From NCBI RefSeq assembly GCF_001194135.2, contig NC_068987.1, positions 59,735,429-59,786,018 of the forward strand: a DNA stretch of 50,590 nt, given 5' to 3'. Below the pieces are notes generated by a model. That model was not told the DNA's origin, did not search any database, and worked only from the letters and a program-made list of their open reading frames with translations. The DNA comes from Octopus bimaculoides. Taxonomy: Eukaryota. The first letter of the stretch is position 1. Each line of letters opens with the position of its first letter. A program made the position numbers and the translations under genes. Positions 1 to 11,284 of this stretch are shown here, piece after piece.

Positions 1-34
<34 letters not shown>

Positions 35-37
<3 letters not shown>

Positions 38-1560
38 AACTTAGATAAACTTAGATATGTTTCGACCAAAAATTGGTCAAGGCCAATTGACTCACTTAAT
101 AGCACCACCTGATAGGATTGTCTAAATCCTTTTTAAGACAAGTTTTGTTTATGGTCCATTCAAGTAGAGAGTCCTTATTGAGTGAGTTGTATCCAGGTAT
201 GGGTAACTTGTCTGGTATTCCTTGAAGAAAACTATCTAGACTCCATTTAAAGGTGATGGGATCCTTTTCCTCTTTTATCTGTTTCGGAACAATGTTAAAC
301 AGGGCAGGGCCTGTTGAGGAAAAGAAATTATGCTGCAGTGTACCTATATGTTGTGATCCTGAATTGGGCAGGGGACGTATGGCCCGTGGTCCCAGCCTTG
401 GATGAGCTTTGAAACTAATGTTCAGGTCGTTTGGGCAATGCTGGCGGTATATTTTCCACATCGTACAGATGATGTACCGCTCGCGGCGGCGCTGGAGAGA
501 GTAGAGCTTCATGGCTTTAAGGCGGTCCCAGTAATCAAGATCAGCCATGTCTTCAATTCGTTTAGTGAGTGCCCTCTGGGGTGATTTAATCCTCGAGATG
601 TTTTGTTTTGTATGAGGAGACCACAAGGGGCAGCAGTATTCGAGGTGTGGCAGTACAAAGGAGGAGAAAAGTGGAATGATGACGTCTTGTTCTCTGGACC
701 GGAAGGTTCTTAAGATCCACGAGATCATCCTACGAGCTATATTGACCTTATTGTTGATGTGGGCACTCCAATTGAGATTGTTGTCAACAATTACACCCAG
801 ATCTCTGATATTATTGGATGCCGTGAGCGGTTCCCCTGAAGGAAGAGAGTATGGCTATTTTAGTATAGACTTTCTTCCAAAATGCATCAGCTCATATTTT
901 CCCTCGTTCAGTTTCATTTTGTTTTTATCTGCCCATTGACGCACAGCATATAGATCAGACTGGAGTTGGGTTCGGTCTTCTTCATTGATGATTTGCTGGA
1001 GCTTAGTGTCATCAGCAAATATTTTCAGTTTGCAGTGATTTACGACGCTGGAAAGGTCATTTATATAAAGTATAAAGAGAAGCGGACCCAAGACAGTCCC
1101 CTGAGGGACACCACTGGTGAATTTTGCTGGGCTTGAGTGGACTCCATCGACCACAACTTCTTGTGTTCTATTCTCCAGGAAATACTTAATCCTGTGTAGA
1201 AGTTTTCCACGGATTCCAACTTTTGCTAATTTTGTAAGATATTATGGTAAACCCTGTCGAACGCTTTACTGAAGTCAAGATATATGACATCAGCGTTCGA
1301 ACCTGTTCCCAAGGCTTTAAGTATATCTTCAATGTGGTGTAAGATCTGTGTTAGATATTCCCTGCCACAGCGAAAGCCATGCTGGCTTGCATTTAGGAGT
1401 TTGTGGGTCTCCAGGAAGTCAGCTATCCTTGATCTTACCACCTTTTCAAACACTTTAATGATGTGGGAGGTGAGTGAGATTGGGCGATAGTTGACTGCGC
1501 GGGATCTGTTGCCCTGCTTGAAAACTGGGATGAGAGACTGGGATAGGAGCTGTTTCGGTA
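35..1560 (-). mobile_element. 5'-truncated CR1/L2-group non-LTR retrotransposon (RT domain, C-terminus, 3' end), frameshifted
   Basis: Minus-strand ORFs 1226-1567, 855-1154 and 96-728 carry RT motifs NYRPISLTSHIIKVFEK, YLDFSKAFDRV, GVPQGTVLGPLLFILYINDL, FADDTKL and the CR1/L2-type tail LEYCCPLWSP...SLQRRRERY. The 3' end has a small stem-loop and a TAAACTTAGA x2 tail. Confidence 0.92.
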
Positions 1561-2473
1561 TATGCATCTATATCTGTGTGTGCGTTCGTGCGTTGGCGTA
1601 TATGTTGTGTACATGTTAGTGTGTGTGTGTGTATTCGTATTATCCCGTGTCTGATTTTCAATTTACACTGGTTTTAAAACCAGTGTTGTTTATCTTGTAT
1701 CGATAAAACAAATACGATACTGCAATAAGAACTGGCGTGGGGGATAACATACAGGTGTTTTCTAAAATCGAAATTCTTTCTCCGGCTGACGTATAGTTGT
1801 AAAAGTCTAACTAGTATTAAGTCTGTAATACTTTCAATTTATATTTACACCTATGTAGAAACGGTCACTCGGTGAAATACATATATTTATGTTTGGGAGT
1901 GTATATATTCACTTTGAAACATGTTAAGAAGTATTCGTGCACGGTGATACGCACACATGCTATTCATACCGAGACACAAACACACACGCACATCCACATA
2001 CAGACACCCACATACACAGATATTTATATAAAGCAAAGTGTTTGCTGAACAAATATAATCGTGAAAGCATTATTTCCCAGTAGAAATGAAAACTAGCGTT
2101 GTTAATCTAACTGAAGTAGGACCTAAGACATTATTAATAACTTGCATGTTGCATGCTGCTCTTGCAAAATACTGAATTTAATTAAACCAAAGCCTCGAAT
2201 ACACCAGGGGACATTTAATTGTGCTCTAGTATTCAGCACGACAGGGTGATACTAAGCTTTCAAATTTGGAAACGTGAAAACAATTCTTGATTCTTTTACG
2301 CAATTTCTCATTGAATTTCCTTCGCTCCTGGCTTAGGTGCTTCAGATATTATGTATCACTTATATTGATTTCTGTCAGAGAACAAAATATCAATATACGA
2401 AATTTATTCCCACAAGCGATTTCGAATGATCTCAAGTGTTTTTATACATACGTTCATATACATTCACATATAC

Positions 2474-2504
<31 letters not shown>

Positions 2505-3425
2505 NNNNNNNNNNNNNNNNNNNNNNNNNNNNNNNNNNNNNNNNNNNNNNNNNNNNNNNNNNNNNNNNNNNNNNNNNNNNNNNNNNNNNNNNNNNNNNNN
2601 NNNNNNNNNNNNNNNNNNNNNNNNNNNNNNNNNNNNNNNNNNNNNNNNNNNNNNNNNNNNNNNNNNNNNNNNATGTATATATATATATATACATACACAC
2701 ACACACACACACACATACATATATATTTATGCGCACTCACAAACGCACACATATATACACACACTCACATAGAGACATATATGTATATATACATATGTTC
2801 AAACATACACGCACATAAGTACGTTTAGCTTAACAAATGAGGGATGAGAGGGGGAGAGGGAGAGAGATAGTGAGAGATAATACGCAATTCAGAGGCTATT
2901 GGTTGACAGGCTATTGGTTGCCAGAAGAGTAATTCAAGGGACTAGAGTCTCAGTTACCATAAACTCTAAAGACACTCTCGTAGCGATGTCAGCTTATAGA
3001 CAGACAGACAGACACACATACACACACACGCATACACACACACATGCATACACACGCACACACGCATACACACACATATAAACGCACGCACACAGAAACG
3101 CGCAAGCAAGCAAGCAGTTGCGTACGTACTTACGTACATACATACATACATACGTACATACATACATACATACGTACGTACAACCTCTCTCAGACAGCAC
3201 TTGCTAAACAACAGCAGCAAAAACAAATAAGTATAACTTAGTACTGAAAAGTGAAGAGGACAATACGATGTTACTTCTCGATAGCGTGTTCCTCAGGAAG
3301 AACTCTCTTCCTGATGACTTCCTATATTCCAAAACAGCCTGACTAGCATACATCAAAGAATACTTGAATGTGAAACGCTTAGAATTAAGAAGAAAAAAAA
3401 ACAAGAAAGAAAAAGAAAAGACTAT

Positions 3426-3585
3426 GCAGGAGTGGCTGTGTGGTAAGTAACTTGCTTACCACCATATGGTTCTGGATTCAGTCCCACTGCGTGGCACCTT
3501 GGGCAAGTGTCTCCTACTATAGCCTCGGGCCAACTAAAGCCTTGTGAGTGGATTTGGTAGACGGACACTGATAGAAGCCCGTCGT

Positions 3586-3617
<32 letters not shown>

Positions 3618-3826
3618 NNNNNNNNNNNNNNNNNNNNNNNNNNNNNNNNNNNNNNNNNNNNNNNNNNNNNNNNNNNNNNNNNNNNNNNNNNNNNNNNNNN
3701 NNNNNNNNNNNNNNNNNNNNNNNNNNNNNNNNNNNNNNNNNNNNNNNNNNNNNNNNNNNNNNNNNNNNNNNNNNNNNNNNNNNNNNNNNNNNNNNNNNNN
3801 NNNNNNNNGTGTGTGCGTGTGTGTGT

Positions 3827-3878
<52 letters not shown>

Positions 3879-4073
3879 TTTTCCCCCCGACATCGCTTAA
3901 CAACAGATGCTGGTGTGTTTACGTCTCCGTAACTTAGCGGTTCGGCAAAAGAGACTGATAGAATAAGTACTAGGCTTACAAAGAATAAGTCCTGGCGTCG
4001 ATTTGCTCGACTAAAGGCTGTGCTCCAGCATAGCCGCAGTCAAATGACTGAAGCAAGTAAAAGAGTAAAAGAG
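3426..4073 (+). mobile_element. tRNA-derived SINE, family A (CORE-like block, internal TA/TG microsatellite, 3' module)
   Basis: Pol III A box TGGCTGTGTGG and B box GATTCAGTCC, ACCTTGGGCAAGT block, internal microsatellite with N-gap, GTAAAAGA tail. Matches several other copies in the window. Confidence 0.9.
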
Positions 4074-4079
4074 TATAGG

Positions 4080-4920
4080 TATATTACCGGAAGACCTGAA
4101 GAAGAGTAATTGTGACATGAAGCGAATCCTCCATTGGACACATGACGGCTACATTACATTCCAAAGGTTATGCTTTTAATCAACAAAAGAGACAGTGATG
4201 CCTTTGGAGCTCCAAGGTGCACCCAAAAATGTAGACTATATCATATTTCTGCGGAAGACATCACACATGTAATTAGCAGCTGCCTATAAATGTCATCAAG
4301 TTACTACCTCCCTATGCGACATGACGTTGCTGCATAAACAGTATACAATGCCATTCGGGAAAAAAGAGTCCTGGAATAAATATGGAGAACCTCCTTCTTA
4401 TTGAATACATACACAAACATCAACACAAGTAATACTGGCGGAACATCCTCATCAAAACATCTGTCAAGTGTAAACACAACAGGCCAGATATTGTTGCACG
4501 AGGACAGACAGGAAGAAGTATATACCGTCATAGAGGTCAGTTGTCTTGCTGAAGTGAATATCTCTTTGAAACTCAAAGAGAAGATAAATATGGACAACTG
4601 CTTCGAGACTTCCAGCTTTTATATCCAGATTATAAATTCATGTTTATGCCAATAATTGGAGCAGTTGGCTTTGTGAGCAAAAGCCTCAGCAACAATTTGG
4701 TAGTGTTCGGAAAATAGAATCTACCAACTTACTCGTCTATTACAAATACAATCTGTACGTGGAACATAAAAATATGCAAGCTCTTCTTCAAGTTTAAAAG
4801 GTCACTTTGTTTTCGTTATCTACATACCAACAAAGGAACATTATATCTTTGTTAGAAACCAGCTCCTTCTTTAGAGGAAGAATTTAAGCAATTTAAGACA
4901 GAAGGAATAATGGAAACATC
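4080..4920 (+). mobile_element. Decayed 3' part of an R4/Dong-clade RLE LINE (zinc knuckle and endonuclease remnant)
   Basis: Reads CRLYHISAEDITHVISSCL*MSSSYYLPMRHDV and EVYTVIEVSCLAEVNISLKLKEK. Homologous to 22400-22940 on the minus strand. Confidence 0.75.
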
Positions 4921-4980
4921 AAGTTAAATGAAAGTTTTATTATTTACTACTCAGTCAGGTTCTGAAAGTTTTATTATTTA

Positions 4981-6317
4981 CTAGCAGAAATACCCGGCTT
5001 TGCCCGGGTTAAAGAGAATAACGAAATCTAAACGCCGTCTAGACTATGCAACCCTCAACTGTTAGTAGCTACGATACCATATTTCTACATTAATAACTCT
5101 CCAATCCATGCCAGCATGGAACATAGACATTAAGTGGAATGCCAGTCTCTCATCCAGGAGGGCCTTGAAATCAATGTTACCAACTGGGGACTATGTGTGT
5201 CGTAGTGATAATAAAAAGACCCAAAGGAGGTCTGCAACGAAATAATTTTACTCAACACTTTGCAAGTGAATCAGTGGAGGCAAAGATGCGTCTCATTTAC
5301 TTGACAATTTATGCACCACATTGCAGAAATCACAATGTAAGTATATCTGAANNNNNNNNNNNNNNNNNNNNNNNNNNNNNNNNNNNNNNNNNNNNNNNNN
5401 NNNNNNNNNNNNNNNNNNNNNNNNNNNNNNNNNNNNNNNNNNNNNNNNNNNNNNNNNNNNNNNNNNNNNNNNNNNNNNNNNNNNNNNNNNNNNNNNNNNN
5501 NNNNNNNNNNNNNNNNNNNNNNNNNNNNNNNNNNNNNNNNNNNNNNNNNNNNNNNNNNNNNNNNNNNNNNNNNNNNNNNNNNNNNNNNNNNNNNNNNNNN
5601 NNNNNNNNNNNNNNNNNNNNNNNNNNNNNNNNNNNNNNNNNNNNNNNNNNNNNNNNNNNNNNNNNNNNNNNNNNNNNNNNNNNNNNNNNNNNNNNNNNNN
5701 NNNNNNNNNNNNNNNNNNNNNNNNNNNNNNNNNNNNNNNNNNNNNNNNNNNNNNNNNNNNNNNNNNNNNNNNNNNNNNNNNNNNNNNNNNNNNNNNNNNN
5801 NNNNNNNNNNNNNNNNNNNNNNNNNNNNNNNNNNNNNNNNNNNNNNNNNNNNNNNNNNNNNNNNNNNNNNNNNNNNNNNNNNNNNNNNNNNNNNNNNNNN
5901 NNNNNNNNNNNNNNNNNNNNNNNNNNNNNNNNNNNNNNNNNNNNNNNNNNNNNNNNNNNNNNNNNNNNNNNNNNNCTTTCTCTCTCTCTCTGAAAGTATC
6001 TGTCATTACAGTATCGAAATGTGATTGTTTCAGTTAGTAGAATAGTTTCATTTTTAAAGTGAAAGTATTTGACATGAGTGTTTTTGTTTCACTTTTGACA
6101 CGTAATACTTAAATAGTGGAGGAGATATTATGTTGCCGTGGGCTCGAACTCCGCAAGAAGTTAATAATTTTTTTTGACTAAAACACAACTGGAACCCTAA
6201 GTAAGGCATCTGTAAAATTTGAATGAAATTGGTTGCGTAGTTCTTGAGTTTTAGGGATTCACACAGACAGACAGACAGACAGACACACACACATTCTCAT
6301 TTATATATATATATAGA
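4981..6317 (-). mobile_element. Non-autonomous Helitron
   Basis: On the minus strand it starts TC (6317-6316) with TATATA and TCTG microsatellite. It ends with hairpin ACCCGG/CCGGGT (4992-5009) followed by CTAG (4984-4981), and sits between A and T. Internal N-gap. Confidence 0.88.
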
Positions 6318-7502
6318 TACTCAGTCAGGTTCTACCTTTTGCATTGCTACAACGAGGAATCGACTCGTACGGGTTTTGAATGGTTGATAAAGGAATTTTT
6401 AGTCATTCTTCAAGTAAAACCTGCTTTTGTTTTTTAAGTAACAGTGGTGAGGTAACGCGACTCCTTACTTGCTGTTTCAAAATGCACCACAAATGTTTGA
6501 TTATATGAAGATCCGGTGATTGTGAAGGCCAATCTAAGTAGTCTACATCCCTTTTGTGATATTCGTATCAATTTTGAATAACACTACATGAATCAGCGTA
6601 TTATTCTCCTGCAGGATTGCGCTCCTATCAGGAAACTATTTACATCATAGAATGGACATGATCAGTTAAAATATTCAGATAATCCTCGACACTAACTCTA
6701 TCCTGTATGTTAACTAAAGATCCAAGAAACTTCCATAATATAGCTGCCCAAATCATCAGAGATCTACCGCCATGCTTCACTGTAGAGAGTCAAAGAGTCA
6801 GTGTTGAGGGCTCCTTTAGGCTATCACTAGACATAAATTCATGCCAAAATGGGAAAAGGGTGAATAGTTATTCATTAGAGACGATGACATTGTTCCACTT
6901 TTTCTGTTGATTAACGTTCATGGAGAACAGGATAAATTAATCTATTGCAAGCCTTCCGTGGTTTTCAGTTTTATGGAACTTGCGAGAAACGGTATCGATT
7001 GATATAGGGTTTGAAAGGTGGTGAACTAGCTACGCTGTCACACTTGCTATCGTCGTTTGATGGTTTTTAAACACAATGCGTCTCGCTATTTTGCTGTCTT
7101 TTTCTGTCAGCTTTGCTTTCTGTTCAGAATTATGCTTGCTTGAGCTGGTCGTATTTTGGATTTGAAATGCTAGCATGTTTTTAGAGACGGTACTTCCCGA
7201 AAAATCAAATAATTCAGCTGGTTTAGTGACTGAAGCTCTAGCTTTGGAACTCAGTTATGTCACTCATTTTCATTTATTTAAATGTGAATATAAAAAATAA
7301 AAAATAAAAATGAAAAACAGAGTGTTATAGAATGAAGTATAAGGCATACATAATGCATATCATCACACATATACTGACTAGAACAATTCTGAATTAGACA
7401 CAGTGCCAGCAAGAATAATAGATAAAAAGTGGTGTTTCCAATTTGCTCAACTACTATTCATACATATACTAACATCACAGACACACACACACTCTTTCTC
7501 TC

Positions 7503-7535
<33 letters not shown>

Positions 7536-7548
7536 TCACACACATATA

Positions 7549-7779
7549 GGCGGTGAGCTGGCAGAAACGCTAGCACGCCGGGCGAAATGCTTAGCGGTAT
7601 TTCGTCTGCCGCTACGTTCTGAGTTCAAATTCCGCCGAGGTCGACTTTGCCTTTCATCCTTTCGGGGTCGATTAAATAAGTACCAGTCACGCACTGGGGT
7701 CGATATAATCGACTTAATCCGTTTGTCTGACCTTGTTTGTCCCCTCTGTATGTAGCCCCTTGTAGGTAGTAAAGAAATA
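7549..7779 (+). mobile_element. tRNA-derived SINE, family B (tail type 1), full length
   Basis: A box TGGCAGAAACG, B box GAGTTCAAATTCC, central GCCTTTCATCCTTTCGGGGTCGAT block. 15-bp TSD with one mismatch: ACTCACACACATATA 7534-7548 and ACTCATACACATATA 7784-7798. Confidence 0.92.
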
Positions 7780-9012
7780 ACACACTCATACACATATAGT
7801 ATGCAATTGTATATTTACAAATCAACAAATCAATGCAAATAAAGAAAGCTAGCTCTTCAGATCATCAGAATGGTTGTTCGTGTAACCATAATGTTCTGGT
7901 GAAGTGATAAGATAACTTCCGTTATTTGCATTGATTTGCGAATATAGAATTTCATAGTATGATACAATACAATGCCGACCATAGAGATTACTGCGAAGAT
8001 AGAAGCACAATATTTTCCACACTTAAATTATTACTACATGATGGCTTCGAAATGGCCGTAACCTTAAGCATGTTAAGTGGTTAAGTATATTCATCTCTCA
8101 TACCTCCTGAAATTTTATGGTTTATATATATATATATTTCGGAAGAATAGTTGAAAGTATTAGGTGGGGCTCTACTATAAACTTTCCTCCCAACGATATA
8201 GAATATATGATTATTTCTTACTAATGATAACCTAATTTCACGTGATTGTCTGTTTTGACTCACTAATAATATGATAGGCATGAAAACTTGGAGGAAATTG
8301 ATGCTGTGCTTTAAGAACATTTATTATTCGTTTGTCACGAGACAGGTTTCGTGTAGTTAATTTTACTCAAGACAGCTTTAGAAATACTATAATAGCCATC
8401 ATTTCTAGTTAAAAGAAAAGAAATATATTTATAAAATATTAAGTAACATTGCCAAATAAGTAAATAAATAGATAAATTAATAAACTCGTTGATATCAGGA
8501 ATATAGAATATAACTTAAGGTTAACAATTAACGGCGTTCTTCAGTGTATTATATACATAATTGCACAGGAATATTTTTTCATTAAATTAATTTCATTAGA
8601 TTTTAACTAAATCTTGCCAAGCACTGCGACTTTATATGTTCATATAATAACTAAGAGCACTTGAATTTATGAAATTATATTATACCTTCGAGGTTTTATG
8701 GAATTACTGTTAAATTTCATAAGGCTTTTCGAACACAATGGCCTTGCTAATGAATGAGGGTTGAGATGTATGTAATATTAGATTATATTACAAATAGCAG
8801 ATACACACAGAAACACACGCAGAAAATAAAACATGCCATATACATACATATAGAAACACACAGCACACTCAGAAGTTTGGTCGAGCAAACAGAAGAAATA
8901 CAAAAATATAATTTTTATTTTAATCGATAGAAAGTTACAAAAGTGACTTGGGGTTGCAAGTTTCGCGCATAGCACTCATTAAGTGCCATGCAGAAATCTC
9001 TGGCCCCTTGAG

Positions 9013-9043
<31 letters not shown>

Positions 9044-9048
<5 letters not shown>

Positions 9049-9124
9049 CCTCGGGCCCACCAAAGCCTTGTGAGTGGATTTGGTAGACGGAAACTGAAAG
9101 AAGCCCGTCGTATATATGTATATA
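9044..9124 (+). mobile_element. SINE family A fragment
   Basis: TAGCCTCGGGCC...GTAGACGGAAACTGAAAGAAGCCCGTCG matches 3520-3590 and runs into an N-gap. Confidence 0.85.
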
Positions 9125-9962
9125 NNNNNNNNNNNNNNNNNNNNNNNNNNNNNNNNNNNNNNNNNNNNNNNNNNNNNNNNNNNNNNNNNNNNNNNNNNNN
9201 NNNNNNNNNNNNNNNNNNNNNNNNNNNNNNNNNNNNNNNNNNNNNNNNNNNNNNNNNNNNNNNNNNNNNNNNNNNNNNNNNNNNNNNNNNNNNNNNNNNN
9301 NNNNNNNNNNNNNNNNNNNNNNNNNNNNNNNNNNNNNNNNNNNNNNNNNNNNNNNNNNNNNNNNNNNNNNNNNNNNNNNNNNNNNNNNNNNNNNNNNNNN
9401 NNNNNNNNNNNNNNNNNNNNNNNNNNNNNNNNNNNNNNNNNNNNNNNNNNNNNNNNNNNNNNNNNNNNNNNNNNNNNNNNNNNNNNNNNNNNNNNNNNNN
9501 NNNNNNNNNNNNNNNNNNNNNNNNNNNNNNNNNNNNNNNNNNNNNNNNNNNNNNNNNNNNNNNNNNNNNNNNNNNNNNNNNNNNNNNNNNNNNNNNNNNN
9601 NNNNNNNNNNNNNNNNNNNNNNNNNNNNNNNNNNNNNNNNNNNNNNNNNNNNNNNNNNNNNNNNNNNNNNNNNNNNNNNNNNNNNNNNNNNNNNNNNNNN
9701 NNNNNNNNNNNNNNNNNNNNNNNNNNNNNNNNNNNNNNNNNNNNNNNNNNNNNNNNNNNNNNNNNNNNNNNNNNNNNNNNNNNNNNNNNNNNNNNNNNNN
9801 NNNNNNNNNNNNNNNNNNNNNNNNNNNNNNNNNNNNNNNNNNNNNNNNNNNNNNNNNNNNNNNNNNNNNNNNNNNNNNNNNNNNNNNNNNNNNNNNNNNN
9901 NNNNNNNNNNNNNNNNNNNNNNNNNNNNNNNNNNNNNNNNNNNNNNNNNNNNNNNNNNNNNN

Positions 9963-10232
9963 TTGCTTAAGTGTTTCGATGTATTTTTCAGAGTTTATGG
10001 TTCCAACACATTCGATCAGCTCGGAACGACCATTGCTGGTGACAGCTCCCCATACAATTACAGAGACACCGCCATGTTTCACAGTCGGTTGGAGTCGTTT
10101 CAAATTAAATTCTTGATTGGGAAGCCTCCAGACCCAACCACGTCCACTGTCTGAAAATAATGCAAATCTGGATTCATCTGTGAAAATCACTATCCCAAAA
10201 TGAACTGGATTTTTCTGACATCTCCTTAGCAC
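9963..10232 (-). mobile_element. Tc1-family DDE transposase fragment
   Basis: VIFTDESRF...[15 protein letters not shown]: first catalytic Asp region typical of Tc1. The rest lies in the gap or is truncated. Confidence 0.9.
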
Positions 10233-10269
10233 ACTTAGTACGGAACCAGGAGAAAAAAGAAGAAAGTCA

Positions 10270-11260
10270 AGAACTGTAGAGCTGGTATTTCAGGGTGGCT
10301 GGGCTAAATGGGGCCACCCAAAGAGGAAGGTCACATGGACAGACCTATGGAGACTGGAACCTTTCCGGATCTCCTTCCTGCAGCGGATGGTGTATGACAC
10401 ACTCTCAACGCCAACAAACCTGCACAGATGGGGTTTGAGGGAAGATTAGTCGTGTAGACTTTGTGGAGAAAGGATCACACTGGCACACATCTTGTCATGG
10501 TGCAGAATAGCACCTTCTCAAGGAAAATAAAAGTGGCGCCATGATAGAGTGCTTGCAACACTCGCTTACACCCTGGAGCAGAAAAGGTTCAAGAAATGTC
10601 CATAGAAGGGGAAAACAACAACAAGAGAGGGATAGAGGCCAGTAAAGACAGCAAAAAAGACACGTAGATTGCTGCATGGATCCCAATCATGAGATATGAG
10701 AGTGGAGTTAGGATAGAGTCTGCAGTTTCCCAGGACGTCCATACAACCTTGAGGCCAAATGTAATTATATGTTCTGTAAAGACCGAGAAAATGATCTTAA
10801 TTGAGTTCCCAGTCCCGCGGGAGAAAGGGAGTGATTACGCCCACGAATTGAAGCGTGCTAAGCATGAGAGCCTTCTGCTCAATTGTTAGGTGAAGGGATG
10901 GCAGTTTGTCTTTTCCCAGTCGTTGTTGGCTGTAAGAGTTCCCAACCCAGTCAGCATGGAGGATGCTTAGAGCCAATGTAATTAGAGGAAAGGAGCGAAG
11001 GATGGCTGTAGGTAGGTTGGGAGAGGAAGCTGAAAGAACCGTTTGTTGGCTTTGGAGCAAGGGAAAAGAGTTAAAATGGAAGCCAGGAGAAGATAAGGAG
11101 CAGTGATTTGTCCACCCCTGCAGACCCACTAACGGGATTACGGTTCAGGGTTGAAACAACCGATGAACGTTGGATACCGTCTGATGACATCAGTTCCTCC
11201 TGGCCAAAGCGCCATTCGCTTTCGGAGTAGAAAAAGCACCTCTTTCTAGGTGTTATTAAC
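10270..11260 (+). mobile_element. HERO-like RLE non-LTR retrotransposon 3' fragment (zinc knuckle, RLE, 3' UTR), decayed
   Basis: DLWRLEPFRISFL...NLHRWGLRED*SCRLCGERITLAHILSWC...WRHDRVL, TTLRPNVIICS...LIEFPVP and AERTVCWLWSK. This motif set is typical of HERO/NeSL-group RLE elements. Confidence 0.85.
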
Positions 11261-11284
11261 GTAATATATATATATGGTATTAAA

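Noticed and set aside
402-1490. Plus-strand ORFs over the CR1/L2 element, and similar antisense ORFs over the R4, Tx1, Penelope and mariner elements
   Set aside because: Shadow frames of transposon coding sequence.
3426-3500. tRNA-like A and B boxes
   Set aside because: SINE heads with no complete cloverleaf, so not annotated as tRNA genes.
6340-6760. Possible decayed Tc1 transposase (IILLQDCAPI)
   Set aside because: One weak motif only; not enough to annotate.
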